Part shown: positions 13,540 to 26,455 of the stretch, one piece after another | Layout of the letters: the number at the start of each line of letters is the position of its first letter | Numbering within the stretch: position 1 is the first letter of the stretch | From: Malacoraja senta | Taxonomy: Eukaryota | Assembly (NCBI GenBank): GCA_038087875.1 | Contig: CM075987.1 | Location: forward strand, 27,902,001-27,962,000 | Length of the DNA stretch: 60,000 bases | Reading direction: 5' to 3' | Notes under the pieces: generated by a model | The model's database searches: none | What the model was told of the DNA's origin: nothing | Seen by the model: only the letters and a program-made list of their open reading frames with translations | Program-made: the position numbers and the translations under genes

Positions 13540-14720
13540 GCATCATTCACATGACTGTCAAAATATAGAGCGGGATATAAATCAGCTACAGAAATGGACG
13601 GTGAGGTGGCAATCTGAGCAAGTGTGAGGTGTTGCGCTTAGAAGGCTGAAAGTAAGGGGAAAATATACAGTTAACATATTAACAGCACAGGTGATCTTGG
13701 GGCCCAAGTCTATAGTTCCCTGGAATTAGCAACACAAGTGGATGGAGTGGTAAAGAAGGCATATGGTATACCTGCCTTCATCAGTCGGAGCATTGAGTAT
13801 AAGCATGTGAATTTGTGGAATTCTCTGCCTCAGAAGGCAGTGGAGGCCAATTCACTGGATGCATTCAAATGAGAGTTAGATAGAGCTCTTCGGGCTAACG
13901 GAATCAAGGGATATGGGGAGAAGGCAGGAATGGGGTGCTGATTGTGGATGGTCAGCCATGATCACATTGAATTGCAGTGCTGGCTCAAAGGGCCGAATGG
14001 CCTACTCCTGCACCTATTGTCCATGTATTTATGTATCCCTAACCAGTCTGAAGAAGTGGTATTTGAAGAATATTTTAGATAGGCACATGGATAGGGAGGG
14101 AATTGAGGGATATGGATCACATGCAGGCAGAGGAGATTAGTTTAACTTGGTTGTGGTGGCCATGGGCATTGTGGAGCAAAGAGTCTGTTCTTGTGCTGTA
14201 ATGTTCTCTTTTCTATGTAATGCCCTGACTGATGAAGGCAAGACTGCCAAATGCTTTGTTCACCATCTTGTCTGTCTGTTGCCTCTTTGCGAGAACGATG
14301 TAGTTGTACTCCTCAGTCTCCCTGTTCTAAAACACCCTCCTGAGCCCTGTGCTTTACTGTATAAATGCTTCCTGGTTTAACGTAGCAACGTGCAGATATG
14401 CGCACTTGTCCAAGTTACATTCCATTTGCCAATCCTTGGCCCACTTTTCCAGCTGATCTAGATCCTGTTGTGATTTTAGATAACCTTTTTCACTGCATAT
14501 TGTACAACCAATTTTGGTGCCATCTGCAAATTTACTAACCATATTAACTACATTCTCATCCAAATTGATAATGGCAGTGACAAACAGCATTGGACCCAGC
14601 ATCAATCTCTGCTGCACACTGCTGGTCACGGACAACAAAGCGCAGTGGACCACAGAGGCATCCGCTTCCATTCTTGTGCAGCCTCCCAACTGATATTCCA
14701 TCTGACAACCTCCAAAAGCA
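13540..14720. mobile_element. CR1-type LINE fragments (+ strand to about 14220, - strand about 14280-14720)
   Basis: Fragments such as SKFADGTKIG...DLDQLEKWAKDWQMECN and the CR1 3' tail. Confidence 0.75.
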
Positions 14721-14979
14721 GTTTTAAACTCTTCATTTTGATTTTTTAACTTTGGCCTTTTGCAGTCTGGCTGGGTAATGGCTCATCCCATGAAACCCCG
14801 AGGCCTGGACATTCCAGGGTACCGCATGTATTACATGTTGGCAAGGTGATGTAGTAAATTACAGATTTAAACAATAAAAAGGGAAAGAACTGTAGTTGTG
14901 GAAATGGGGCAGCTAATCAGAGGGTGAAATTCTCTGTCTTCTATGATGCCAAAACCCTGCTGCTTTTGTTCCATCACAG

Positions 14980-15160
14980 AATTATTACTTGCTGTCTCTG
15001 GCGAATGGGTGTCTTGGCAATCTCCAGAAGGCCTTCTGGTCTATGCTTCGTTGTCTAGAACTTGATCCAATGCATCAGAATGAGCTGGTGAAAGAACTTT
15101 ACAAGATCACCAAGAAACTATGCAACACTGAAGTAGAGGACAATTACTTTGATGACAAAG
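14980..15160 (+). CDS. TPR-CHAT gene exon 3
   Basis: TCACAG|AAT...AAAG|GTACTC. NYYLLSLANGCLGNLQKAFWSMLRCLELDP completes a TPR. Phase 0-1. Confidence 0.85.
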
Positions 15161-15440
15161 GTACTCGATTTAATATCCTGTTCTAGAGAACCTTTAAAAT
15201 CCAGAATCAATCTTTCACTTCTTTTTCCACTGCGTGCTACATTGACAAGAGGCTGGGAATTGAGTCTGTGATGTGCCACACACCCTGCTGTGCTTTGGTG
15301 CTTCAAGAGTCAAACGTTCTTTAAATGTTGTGAGAATACCTGCCTTCAGGCAGTACTTTCCACAATGTGTCCACCTTCAGGGTGACACATTCTTCCTGAG
15401 ATTCCCTCGAAACCATCTCATCTTAAATTTAAACTTAAAC

Positions 15441-15621
15441 TTCTTCTCCTCTTCCTCTTCCTCCTCCTCCTCCTCCTCCTCCTCCGCCTCCTCCTCCTCC
15501 TCCTCCTCCTCCTCCTCCTCCTCCTCCTCCACCTCCTCCTCCTCCTCCTCGTCCTCCTCCTCGTCCTCGTCCTCGTCCTCGTCCTCCTCCTCCTCCTACC
15601 CCCCCTCCCCCCCTCCCCCTC
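15441..15621. repeat. (CCT)n pyrimidine microsatellite
   Basis: Directly visible. Confidence 0.95.
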
Positions 15622-15655
15622 CGGGTTGTGGTAAAAAGGGCTCCAATTTTCTGCA

Positions 15656-15862
15656 ATATGTATGTATGTATATATTATATATATATATATTATACACATA
15701 TATAAATATATATATATACATATATTAAAACAAAATATATAAATATATATATAACGAATATATTTGTATACATATATATGTATACACACACACACATATA
15801 TATATATATGTGTATATTTGTATGTATATATGTGTATATAGATGTATACATATATGTGTGTA

Positions 15863-15909
<47 letters not shown>

Positions 15910-15985
15910 ATATATATGTGTATGTGTATATATATGTATATATATATGTATATGTATATATATGTATATGCTCCAATATATATAT
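15656..15985. repeat. (TA/TG/CA)n compound microsatellite
   Basis: Directly visible. Confidence 0.95.
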
Positions 15986-16341
15986 TGGAGCCCCAAATGA
16001 AGGCCCAATATATCTTATTGTGCGAGTGATTACAATCCTTTGTGGTCGACTTTAATACCTAGCGGCCGCTATGATAGAAAACAAATACTGCCCTACAAAC
16101 GTCAATTGCATTTCTTAAACATATGAAAAACAATCTTTTCATAAGCAACTTTAATTAATGAAAGCTCTAATTCTGAGGATCTGGAACACTAATTCTGTTT
16201 TTCTGTCTGCAGATGCTGATTGACCTGCTGTGCATTTCCAGCATCTGTATTTGTTATTTTAGATTTGTAGCATTGTATTTTTGAAACATTATGTCATGAC
16301 AGTTGTGCCAGGCTTGAGATAACCATATATCTGCTGTTTAG

Positions 16342-16592
16342 GAATGGATGAGGTGCTTCTGGAGATTGGGAGCCTGCTCTGTGAGGCATCGTTGCACGAT
16401 CTCTGCATACAGCTGGTCAGCTCAGCCGTCCAGCTTTATCAGTCTACAATGAGCGATTCAATCAGAATGCAGTTCTACATGATCCATGCCACTTCCTATT
16501 CAGCAATCAATGAAATGGACATGACCAAAACAGCCTATGAAAACTGTCTGAAATTAGCACTGAAACTGAGCAGCATTGAAGAAATGGTCAAG
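16342..16592 (+). CDS. TPR-CHAT gene exon 4
   Basis: TTTAG|GA ATG...AAG|GTACAA. Phase 1-0 matches both neighbours. Helical sequence ending TAYENCLKLALKLSSIEEMVK. Confidence 0.82.
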
Positions 16593-18057
16593 GTACAAAA
16601 TAGGGCAGTATTGACCTTCATATTTCCCTCCTGATTTATCATGGGATACAGTGCTATAGGCAGGAATAGGTTTCCTGTTGGATTATAGCCCAAAAAGCCA
16701 CATTTAGGACAGAGGTCACCCGAACCAACCCAGATCAGTTGTGACTTTCTCTTGTGTAGGAAGGAACTGTAGATGATGGTTTAAACTAAAGATAGACACA
16801 AAAAGCTGGAGTAACTCAGCCGGTCAGACAGCATCTGTGAAGAAAAGGAATAAGTGACGTTTCAGGTACAGTTTAGTTTATTTCCACGTGTACCGAGGTA
16901 CAGTGAAAAGCTTTTGTTGCGTGCTAACTAGTCAGCAGAAAGACAAAACATGATTACAATCGAGCCATTCACAATGTATAGATACATGATAAGGGATAAG
17001 GGAATAACGTTTAGCTCTGGACCCTTCTTCAGACTGAGTCTGAAAAAGGGTCTCGATTCCAAACGTCACCTATTCCTTTTCTCCAGAGATGCTTGCTGCC
17101 TGACCCGCTGGGTTTCTCCAGGTTTTTGTGTTTATCTTCTGTGACATTCTCTTCCTTTAATTGGAGGATGGATGTTTCTGCTATTATAGTACCAGTTATT
17201 CAGCACAAGCTGCAGAGGTCTTGGATCATGTGGCCTTGGCTGTTGCCAGGGTTGTGAGAGTAGTGCCTGATGTTGTGCCACTTCCAGTGAAGTCCATACT
17301 TGCCTGGGCTGGTTGTTGGTCCAGGAGGTGCTGAGTTCCACTGATCCCCTGCCAGACTCATCAGAATCCACTAACACATTATTGTGTTGTATTGCATTAG
17401 GTCCTACTCATTGTATAGGATTCTCAGCCTGCAGAATAGGAGGGGAAAATCAGTTAATCTGCTCTTAACATTTATTTATAGATTTTAAGCTTTAAAATCT
17501 GTTAACATTTCATGCTTTTAATTATTTACTGAGATTTTAATATAGTTAGAATGTCCTGAATATCTCTGCCATCAAAAAACCACTTAGGAGATTATTCAGG
17601 AAAAAGTTTGTCCTCTAGTTTTGCCTCGTATTAAAGGCCATCAGGGTGTTCTAGTGATAGGCTGAGTCCTGTTGTGTGCTGGACATCCACCAGCGGCTGT
17701 GGGCTTCCTTGTCTGGGAGAGTGGACGACAGGCCTGGAATAGCAGATCAACGGTTTCATCCTCCCAGGCTAGGAATTCTCACTCAAATGAATAGGTACCC
17801 AACCTGCACAGGCTCTGCTGTTGAACTCTGTTCAGTGGCGATGGATCAGAGCCACATCCACTTCCAGCTGCCCAATACCCTGCATTCAAACATCATTCAG
17901 ATAATAAAATTCTGAACTGCGTTCATTGTGAGATGGTGACTGACTGATCACAACTGAGACGCGCTACAATGCTGAGAACTATATTCTGCACTCTGCATCT
18001 TCCCCTTGCTTTATCTATTGCACTTGAGTTTGAACTGATTGTATCTATCTATGTATG

Positions 18058-18873
18058 TGTAGCAGCAGATTTTATATCTTGGCGATATAAAATAGAGAAA
18101 TAGAGATTTCTCCCTCTAGCCGCTAGATGGACTACATGGTTAAGGGGAAGGTACACAAAAATGCTGGAGAAACTCAGCGGGTGCAGCAGCATCTATGGAG
18201 TGATGGAAATAGGCAACATTTCGGGCCGAAACCCTTCTTCAGACTGATAGGGGGTGGGTGGAGGCGGGGAGAAGAAAGGAAGGAAAAAGGAGGAGGAGGA
18301 GCCCGAGGGCTAAGGTGGGAAGGGGAGGAGACAAGACAGCAAGGGTTAACAGAATTGTGAGAATTCAATGTTCATGCCACCAGGATGCAGACTCCCCAAG
18401 CGGAATATGAGATGCTGTTCCTCCAATTTCCGGTGTCGCTCACTCTGGCCGTTAAGGGGAATGTCTTTGTACGCATGCAAGCTCTCCGTCGGGGAGAGAC
18501 CTTCAGAGCTTCTTCACAGATAAATCTTCAAAGCACAGTCTTTTGATTAATAAATTCTTTATTGATGAAAAACAATAAGTTACATCCAAACTTCTTCCGA
18601 CTCGTACACTATAATCTTCATCAAACTCCAGCTTATTGCATTAAACGTTAGAAAACTCCTCGTGTCTCCGTTACACTTCGCATGGTCAAAGGGTAAACCT
18701 TCCCCATGCTGGTCCAAAACTAAACTAAAAACTAAGCTTCTGCGCAAGAAACTTAGCTCCAAACACGCCCTAAAATACGTCATCAATCCCACTCACATAA
18801 TAATAGGCAGTCTAAAATTTAAAGACACATGCCATAATCAATGACACACAAAACAAGCCAAATGGCCAATACA
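18058..18873. mobile_element. Solo LTR (about 500 bp once the nested insert is removed)
   Basis: TGT...ACA termini flanked by the 5-bp duplication GTATG (18053-18057, 18874-18878). It interrupts a LINE-type 3' tail that resumes on the other side. Confidence 0.65.
18150..18450 (-). mobile_element. Penelope-like element 3' end
   Basis: 18450-18346 encodes GQSERHRKLEEQHLIFRLGSLHPGGMNIEFSQFC*, resembling a Penelope GIY-YIG C-terminus. It is followed by the CTGAAGAAGGGTTTCGGCCCGAAA terminus and flanked by duplicated GTTAAGGGGAA. Confidence 0.8.
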
Positions 18874-19337
18874 GTATGGTAGATCTGATCTGTTTGGATA
18901 GCATGTAGAACAAAGCTTTTCACTTTACCCTGGTACATGTGACAATAATAAACCTGAACCTAAATGTAGGACTACTGGTGGCGCAGAAGGTAGAAGGTGT
19001 ATCACCTTCAAATGGGGATCAAAGAGAACAAATCCCAATGTAACAGCATTGTTTTACACCTCACGTGATTTAGCCAGCATTAGTCTTCACCCACAAAGAA
19101 AATGCTGGAAATACTCAGCAGGTCAGACAGCATCTTATTTCAAACATACCACATCTGCAGATTTCATTAAATTTATATCTTACCCAGTCTAATAACTAGA
19201 CATCTTGCGTAGCATATGATAATGAATTGGACCCCACAATGTATCTGCTATATTCCCAAGTTAAAACCTATTCTGGCTTTTATGTAAAGGTTCTTATTGA
19301 AGAGTGGTGTAAGATGTAGCCTGGGTTCTGCTTGCAG

Positions 19338-19489
19338 TGTTACGAAGGTCTGGCAGAGGTACACAGGGAAATTGGACATCCTGAAGAAGCCATCCAGTAC
19401 CTCCTTGAACTGCTAGCAACCGGGGAACACAGTGAACAGCAACCAAGTAATCAGCAGTCCTCATACGAAAGGCAGCCTCTATCCACAAG
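19338..19489 (+). CDS. TPR-CHAT gene exon 5 (not in ORF track)
   Basis: TTGCAG|TGT...AG|GTAAAT. CYEGLAEVHREIGHPEEAIQYLLELL is a TPR. Phase 0-2. Confidence 0.85.
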
Positions 19490-19650
19490 GTAAATCATTG
19501 ACGTTAATGCATAGAATCAAAGAAGATAAACAATTGGATATAGAAAGATTTAACACTGCAAGCATTTATTTTACTGCATTCGGTCTTACCTGTCTGTTTC
19601 TGTCCTCTGACTCGTGTGTGTCATCCTAACTTCAGTGTGCCTCCTGCTCG

Positions 19651-19817
19651 AGTGTGGGACCTTCCCCTGACCTCAGTGTGACCTTCCCCTGACCCCAGTG
19701 TGTGACCTTCCCCTGACCCCAGTGTGACCTTCCCCTGACCCCAGTGTGACCTTCCCCTGACCCCAGTGTGACCTTCCCTGACCCATGTGTGACCTTCCCA
19801 TGACTCCAGTGTGACCT
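19651..19817. repeat. 22-bp minisatellite (2 x 11 bp): TGACCC CAGTG TGACCT TCCCC
   Basis: About 7 units, directly visible. Confidence 0.95.
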
Positions 19818-20339
19818 TAGGTTAATTAGCCTCTCTAAGTTGTACCTAGTTTACAGATGAGTGGTAGAATCTGGGGGCAGTTTTGAGAATGTGGAAAGAA
19901 TAAAATATGATTGATGTAGTTAATATGTTAGTTAATGTAGTTAATATATTATTACCTACATTTCTATATAATACATGATAATGTTATTATTAATAATAAA
20001 TCAGTGTAAATAGATGGTTGATGGTTGGCACATACCCAATGGGCTGAAAGCATCTTTGAGTGCTGTAGTCTCTCTGTCTGTTTGAGGGACCAAATGGTTT
20101 ACAAGTGTCTAATGTTCTCAAGTTCCAATGTTCTACAGATAGTGGAGGTGTTTCAGAGGGTTTGGTACTTTTATTCCAGACACTACCTGGTGCACAGTGG
20201 GAAACCCGCAGGTCTGATTCTCCCTCAGAGGTACATAGTGAGCTCAGAATCTCCAGAGGGTCAGAGAAGCTTTGGCCTCTTGATTTAAAATGAGAGTGCA
20301 ATAAACTGAACCAAGCTGATATTTCTTCTGTTATCAATC

Positions 20340-21470
20340 ACTAGAGGCAGGAGTGGTTCCAGATGATTGGAAAATTGCCAATATTATCCCGCTGCACAAG
20401 AAGGGAGCAAAGTAGAATGGTGGGAACTATAGGCCGGTTAGTCTGACTTCAGTGGTTGGTAAGATTTTAGAGTCCATTATAAGGGATGAGAATACGGAGT
20501 ACTTAGAATTTCACGATAAAATAGACCAAAGTCAGCATGGCTTGTGAAGGGGAGGTCTTGCCTGCCAAATTTGCTGGAATTCTTTGAAGAAGTAAATAGC
20601 AGTAGACAAAGAAGAGGCAGTAGATGTTGTTTACTTAGATTTTCAGAAAACCTTTAATAAGGTGCCACAAGGGAGGCTGCTAAAGAAGATGAGAGCCCAT
20701 GGTATCAAAGGGCAGATACTGATGGATATCAGGTTGGATATCAGTATTGATAGCACATTGGCTGGATGGCAGAAGGCAAAGAATGGCAATATGTTCATGT
20801 TGTATGTTCATGATTTGGATGAGGGGATTGAAGGCTTTGTGGCCAAGTTTGCAGATGATACGAAAATAGGTAGAAGGAGCAGGTAGAGTAGAGAAAGCTG
20901 GGACTCTGCAGAAGGATTTGGATAGAATGGGAGAATGGGCAGAGAAGTGGCAGATGGAATATAGTGTAGCAAAGTGTGGAATCATGCATTTTGGTATTGG
21001 GAATAAAGGTGTAGATTATTTTTGAAATGGGGAGAGAATCCAGGGACTTGGGAGTGCTGGTGCAGGATTCCCAAAATGTTAATCTGCAAGTCGAATTGGT
21101 AGTAAAGAAAGCAAATGCAATGCTAGCATTTATTTCAAGAGGGCTTGTATACAAAAACAGGGATGTAATGCTGAGGCTCCATAAAGTGCTGGTCAGGAAT
21201 CATTTGGAATATTGTGAACAATTTTGGGCACCGTATCGGAGGAAGGATCAGAAGAGGGCCCAGAGGAAGTTTAGAATTCATTGCCACAGAAGGCTGTGGC
21301 GGCCAAGTCAATGGATATTTTTATGGCAGAGATAGATAGATTCTTGATTAGTACGGGTGTCAGAAGTTATGGGGAGAAGGCAGGAGAATGGGGTTAGGAG
21401 TGAGAGAGAGATCAGCCATGATTGAATGGTGGCCTAGACTTGATGGGCTGAATGGCCTAATTCTGCTCCA
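20340..21470 (+). mobile_element. CR1-type LINE, degenerate RT region and 3' end
   Basis: NYRPVSLTSVVGKILE, YLDFQK, AKFADDTKIG, HLEYCEQFW, with stops and deletions. Confidence 0.88.
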
Positions 21471-21645
21471 TCATTTATGTCATTGTAGAACACTGAAGTC
21501 ATACAATGTTAAGATGCTCCTGAGTCTCAGTAGTAACACTCGGTTATTTCCTCGCACTTTATTTCGATGAGTTCACAGTTTGTTTCCAGAAGTATTATGA
21601 CAGCAATAAGTTGAAATTATGCTGACTTGTAATGTTTTTTCTTAG

Positions 21646-21823
21646 CCACAGAGAATTCTGGAGTTCAGAGAGAGTAAAGGCTGCCTACTTGAACCTGAGT
21701 GAAGCCTATTGTCTTATTCATCAGTACCAGAAAGCATTGACTTTTGGGAAGAAGTACCTGGAGCATATAATAGGGGGACCGCTTAGTAGCTGCAGTCACG
21801 ATATTACATCTGCTTATCATCAG
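21646..21823 (+). CDS. TPR-CHAT gene exon 6
   Basis: TTTTTTCTTAG|C CAC...CAG|GTAGGT. AYLNLSEAYCLIHQYQKALTFGKKYL is a TPR. Phase 2-0. Confidence 0.87.
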
Positions 21824-21999
21824 GTAGGTAGCATGTATCTGTACTCATAGATCCCTCTGCTCTACAACCCCAGGTCCCCATCATTCACTGTGTAGGTCCT
21901 GCCCAAGTTTGACTTCCCTAATGCAAAACATCAGTCTTATTAACATTAAACTCCATTAGCCGTTCCTCAGCTCACTTGCCCAGCTGATCAAGTGCCTGC

Positions 22000-23077
22000 C
22001 AGCGGAGTGCGGTCAGGGGAGGCAGAGCCTCACCTGTCATACTCCCAATGAAAATAGCTATTAAGAAAAGTAAAGAAAAATAATAATAAAATAAAATAAA
22101 TATAATGATTTTTCCACTGATCTATGTTATAAATGTAATTTCTATATGAATCTAATCAATTTTTATAGTAAAATCGCCAAATATGCGCAGCTCCGCTGCA
22201 AATACAGGGAGAGATGAGAGGTGAGGCAGCGACGAGCTGAGCCTCCCCTCTGATTGCGCAGAGGAGAGGCTCCCCTCAGAAACTGGATGGAGCGCAGGCA
22301 ATAAGCGTGTGCCTGTTACTATCTCTCTGTATGTCACCAATGTAATGTGTGTAAACCCCTTCATTACATGTCACCACCTTCCATAGTCCAGGTAGCTTAT
22401 TTCACGTATAATTATATTAAATTTAGGCTCACTGGTCTCGTCATAAAACTGCAATGGGAAAGCACCAGGGGAGGCAGCGATCACATCTGCCTCACTGAGG
22501 GGGTGTGTCTTGAGCCCAGTGGAGGGAGAGCAAGCGTCAATTACGTAGGCTCAGCCCACGTAATTGACGCTACCTCACTCTCCCTCCACATTAGCTAGCT
22601 TCAGCAGCGGCGGCCCAGCACTGGATTCCACCGCTGGCGGCGCTGACTTTCCAGCCACGGGCGGCGCTGAGTGGTAGGTTGATTCGTTGTTTTGTAGCGG
22701 CCGATTCGGAGGCTTTGGGCCGCTGAGAGCTCCCAATTGGCCCCGCGCTGGAGTAATGTACTCTCGGCTCAGGTAGATCTACCACGGGTCGAGGGGGGAG
22801 AGAGGGGTGGAGTGAGAGTAGAGGGGTGGAGGGGGAAGAAGGGGTAGACGGGGAGGGGGGTGTGAGGGGGAATGGAGAAGGGGGAGAGGGGGAGGTAGGT
22901 TGTTCCCTCACGGTCCCGGGGCAGCGCTCCCGCCCCTCCAGTCACCATGCTTCACGCACACAGCCCCGGCTCCACCCCTCTCTCTTCCCGGGGAGGCGCG
23001 GTGATCAATACAGGGAGGGCCGGGCCACTGATACTAGCCAGTGCCTCCCCAGCCATTGACCTCACCGCATGTCATTA
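22000..23077. mobile_element. Non-autonomous hAT-type DNA transposon
   Basis: Imperfect TIRs CAGCGGAGTGCGGTCAGG / CCTCACCGCATGTCATTA with the 8-bp TSD GTGCCTGC (21992-21999, 23078-23085). Inserted into a - strand CR1 fragment. Confidence 0.75.
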
Positions 23078-23326
23078 GTGCCTGCTGCAATTTTTTGATA
23101 ATCATCTTCACTGTCTATGATACCACCCACTTTAGTCTCATCTGCAGACTTCAAAATGTTAGATACACAATGAGGACTGAAGTTACAGTGGAACAGCAAG
23201 TGTTTTTCTAACTGTTTCCTTGGTACTAAAGGTCTCCCCAATATTCCCATGGCTGCCGGTTTATAGATTGGATTAGGGTAGCAGGGAATGTCAGTAAAAG
23301 ACGGTGATTCATTGTGTTTGTTGCAG

Positions 23327-24400
23327 GTTGCAAAACTACAGGAGAAGTTGGGGCTTTACAGTGACTCAGTGAACAGCTACCAGCAATACTGTGATTTAAA
23401 CAAGGTACTGGGCAACAGCACTGCAGCAGCTGAGGCCCATGGAGCAATAGGTTCAGTTCACGTAGCACTGGGTAACTATGACCTGGCAATGATGCATGCC
23501 CACAAGAGCTTCAACATGTCTAGAGCTGGAGGAGACCGCAAACTTCAACTAGCAGCACTGATTAGGCTTGGGGACATTAACAGTATCATGGAGAATTTTG
23601 AAGAGGCATCAAGTTGGTATGAACAAGCATGGGATCACAACAGGATGGGAGATGCACCCAAACTGAGGTGTCAGACTGCTCTGGGTTTAGCGAAGGTTTA
23701 CAAAGGAACAGGTCACTATCAGCATGCCTTGTACTTCTATGAGCAGGCACTGGAGGCTGCCGAGGAGGCAAATGAAGGTGAGCTGATGTACAAGTGTAAA
23801 TTCAAGATTGCATGTTGCTGCCAGTTCTCCTACTCTGCAAAGGATCTAGCGAAAGGTTGCAAAGCCGTTAAGGATGTGATAGCACATTACCACTGGCTTA
23901 GTAGGAAAGCCATTGTGGAAGGCATCGTGCAACCCGAGGAAATTACTCATGTTCTTGTGGAGAGCTATGATGTGATCCAGACAATTCTTGTGAAAATAGG
24001 TGAGCACGTCAAGGCACTGCAGTATGCAGAGGCAGGGAGGAGGCACAGATTTCTAACGTACGCATTAATGGAAGAGGAACAGTCAGCATGGAATAATTCT
24101 GAGGATCAGTCTTTGCCATCAGCCATGCCAAGCTTGGAGAAGCTCTACAGCATCGTGGATGCCACCTCTGGATCTGTGCTGTACTACTCGTTGGTGAAAA
24201 CGGGCCTGTTAGTCTGGATGCTCAAGGCAAAGCAAGGTCTGGTTTACTTCCATGCCACCGACGGCGCTGTGTCAGAAGCTGTCCACAAGCAGATCTGCCA
24301 GTTCCTCCTGTTACTAAAGAACAGGTCCCTGCTTTATGAGACTGAAGCCAGGAACATCCCCAAACGGCTGAAGAAAACCACGAGTGACAAACTATACAAG
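23327..24400 (+). CDS. TPR-CHAT gene exon 7 (multiple TPRs and start of CHAT region, 358 codons)
   Basis: TTGCAG|GTT...AAG|GTAATG. Contains TPRs (AHGAIGSVHVALGNYDLAM, ALIRLGDINSIMENFEEA), then ALQYAEAGRRHRF and VLYYSL...LLVWML, typical of TPR-CHAT/TTC28-like proteins. Confidence 0.93.
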
Positions 24401-25622
24401 GTAATGACTGAATGTGTAGATGCTTGATTATACCGATTAAAACACAAGGCAATGTCTGTCTGTGGGGAAGTACCCTGTGGTCTGGTGAATAAGTGTAAGA
24501 ATAAGTCTTGTTAGTTATTGGGTACCACTGTCAACCTTGAATCAGACAGTTGTGGGTCTAGTGCCCGTGCCAGGGATTTGAGTAGAACATTTAGGAAAAC
24601 ATTTGAGTGTATAATGCCCAGACTTTACCGAGACTTTCAGGTAGACAGAAAATATCCATTGACATTATTTCAAAGACAAACAAGGATTTTTCCTGCAGAA
24701 ACAAAGAACTGTAGATGCTGGTTTATACCATAGATAGACACAAATTGCTGGAGTAATACAGCGGGTCAGGCAGCATCTCTAGAGAAAAAGGATAGGTGAC
24801 GTTTCAGATCGGGACTTGGTCTGAATCAGAATTCCCACTCTTGTTTGCTTATTTATTGATCCTTCTTGTGTTTGCTGAATGAGGTCTGGGCTGGGCACCA
24901 GAGACGATCGCTCTAAAAAGCTGCCAGAGATTTTACAGACATATCTTATATTCTATCCTCCACTGCCGAGAAAGCCTTGCTTTTATCAGGCATCTTAGAT
25001 AGTAGTTCTTTTTGATTAAGTTTGTGGAATCTCCAGATAAATGTTTTTATAGTGTTTAGGAAGAAACTGCAGGTTGGTTTACACCGAAGATACACACAAA
25101 ATTCAAGAGTAACTCAGCGGGGCAGGCAGCATTTCTGGATAGAAGGAATGGATGACGTTTCGGGTTGAGACCCCCCCCCTTCAGACTGAGAGTCAGGGGA
25201 GAGGGAAACTAGAGACATGGAAAGGTAAGGTGTGAAAAGGACAGATCAAAGCAGATGGTGATCAAGGAGATGCACTATGGTTCATTGTTGGCTGAGGGGG
25301 AGGTGACAACGAGGCATACAAACTCGTGTTTGTTGTGTCTGATCCTGCACAAAGCCCAATTCCACCTCATTGATAGACAAAACTATGTACTTATACCAAT
25401 TCTGCTTCCTGACCTCAATTACACCAGCATTTTCTCTTCATCTTTGGTATAAACCAGCATCTGCAGTTCCTTTTAATAACATTAAGAATGTTATTGTTCT
25501 GTTTCGGTACATATGACAATTAAATCTCTTGACGCGATGTAGGCGAATTCTTCATATTATTGCATTACCTGCTGCAGATGAAGGCTCATTTTTCATGTTA
25601 TTGCATTATCCTTCTGCTGCAG

Positions 25623-25808
25623 AGCCCATGGACTTCCCACTTGTCCTGCAAGAATTCCATGGCAACATGTGGGCTGCCGGAGGACGGGATGGAGACTGAG
25701 CTCTGGAAACAGATGAACCTGCTTTTGTTGGGACCTCTCAATGAGTTGCTGGATGATGTGCAAGAAGGCAGCAACATTCTGATTGTACCTGACCAATATC
25801 TCATCCAG
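25623..25808 (+). CDS. TPR-CHAT gene exon 8
   Basis: CTGCAG|AGC...CAG|GTCGGT. LWKQMNLLLLGPL...ILIVPDQYLIQ matches the CHAT 'LxxLLIxP...LxIVPDxxL' motif. Phase 0-0. Confidence 0.87.
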
Positions 25809-26079
25809 GTCGGTATGGGTACAGGCAAGACAGGGTTGTTGAAATGTTAGAGTGGACGGGGCTGATTGAAGTGATGAACAGATAATATCACAAAGCATTT
25901 CTGATATGTATGGCATTGTTGAGAGCAGATCTGGGAGGTTTACAGAATAGAGGGGCAAGTAGCACCAAAGTAAATTGTTCAAACAGTCAAGACCATGGTG
26001 GAATTAATTTGTGTAAATAGCATGGTATGCAGTAAATAAAATGGAAGAGCTACAGGCAATTAGGGCCATGATACATTGG

Positions 26080-26455
26080 TATCCCAGCAGTATGAACATT
26101 GATTTCTCTAACTTCAAGTGACCCTTGCATTCCCTCTGTCTCCGTTCCTCCCCCACCCTAATCGTCCTACTAGTTCTACTGTTCTGCTTAATTTCACTGT
26201 ATCCACTCATTATCGCCTTCTCCACAGCCAACAATGAACCATTGTGGGCACCACCTTTACTTGATCATCGGGCTGGCTTTGATTTCTTCTTTCATACCTT
26301 TCATTCATTTGTTCTTTGCACCCTTTCATATCTCCAGTGTCCCTTTCCCTTGACTCTCAGTCTGAAGAAGGATCCACAACGTCACCTATTCCTTTTCTGT
26401 AGTGATATTACGTGACCCACTGAGTTACTCCAGCATTTTGCTTCTATCTTCTATA
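26080..26455 (+). mobile_element. Penelope-like element 3' end
   Basis: Encodes ...PSSMNIDFSNFK*, followed by a pyrimidine tract and a degenerate CTGAAGAAG...AACGTCACC terminus. Confidence 0.65.

Noticed and set aside
15273..16055. Poly-Ser/Arg/Gly and YI-repeat ORFs
   Set aside because: Translations of microsatellites.
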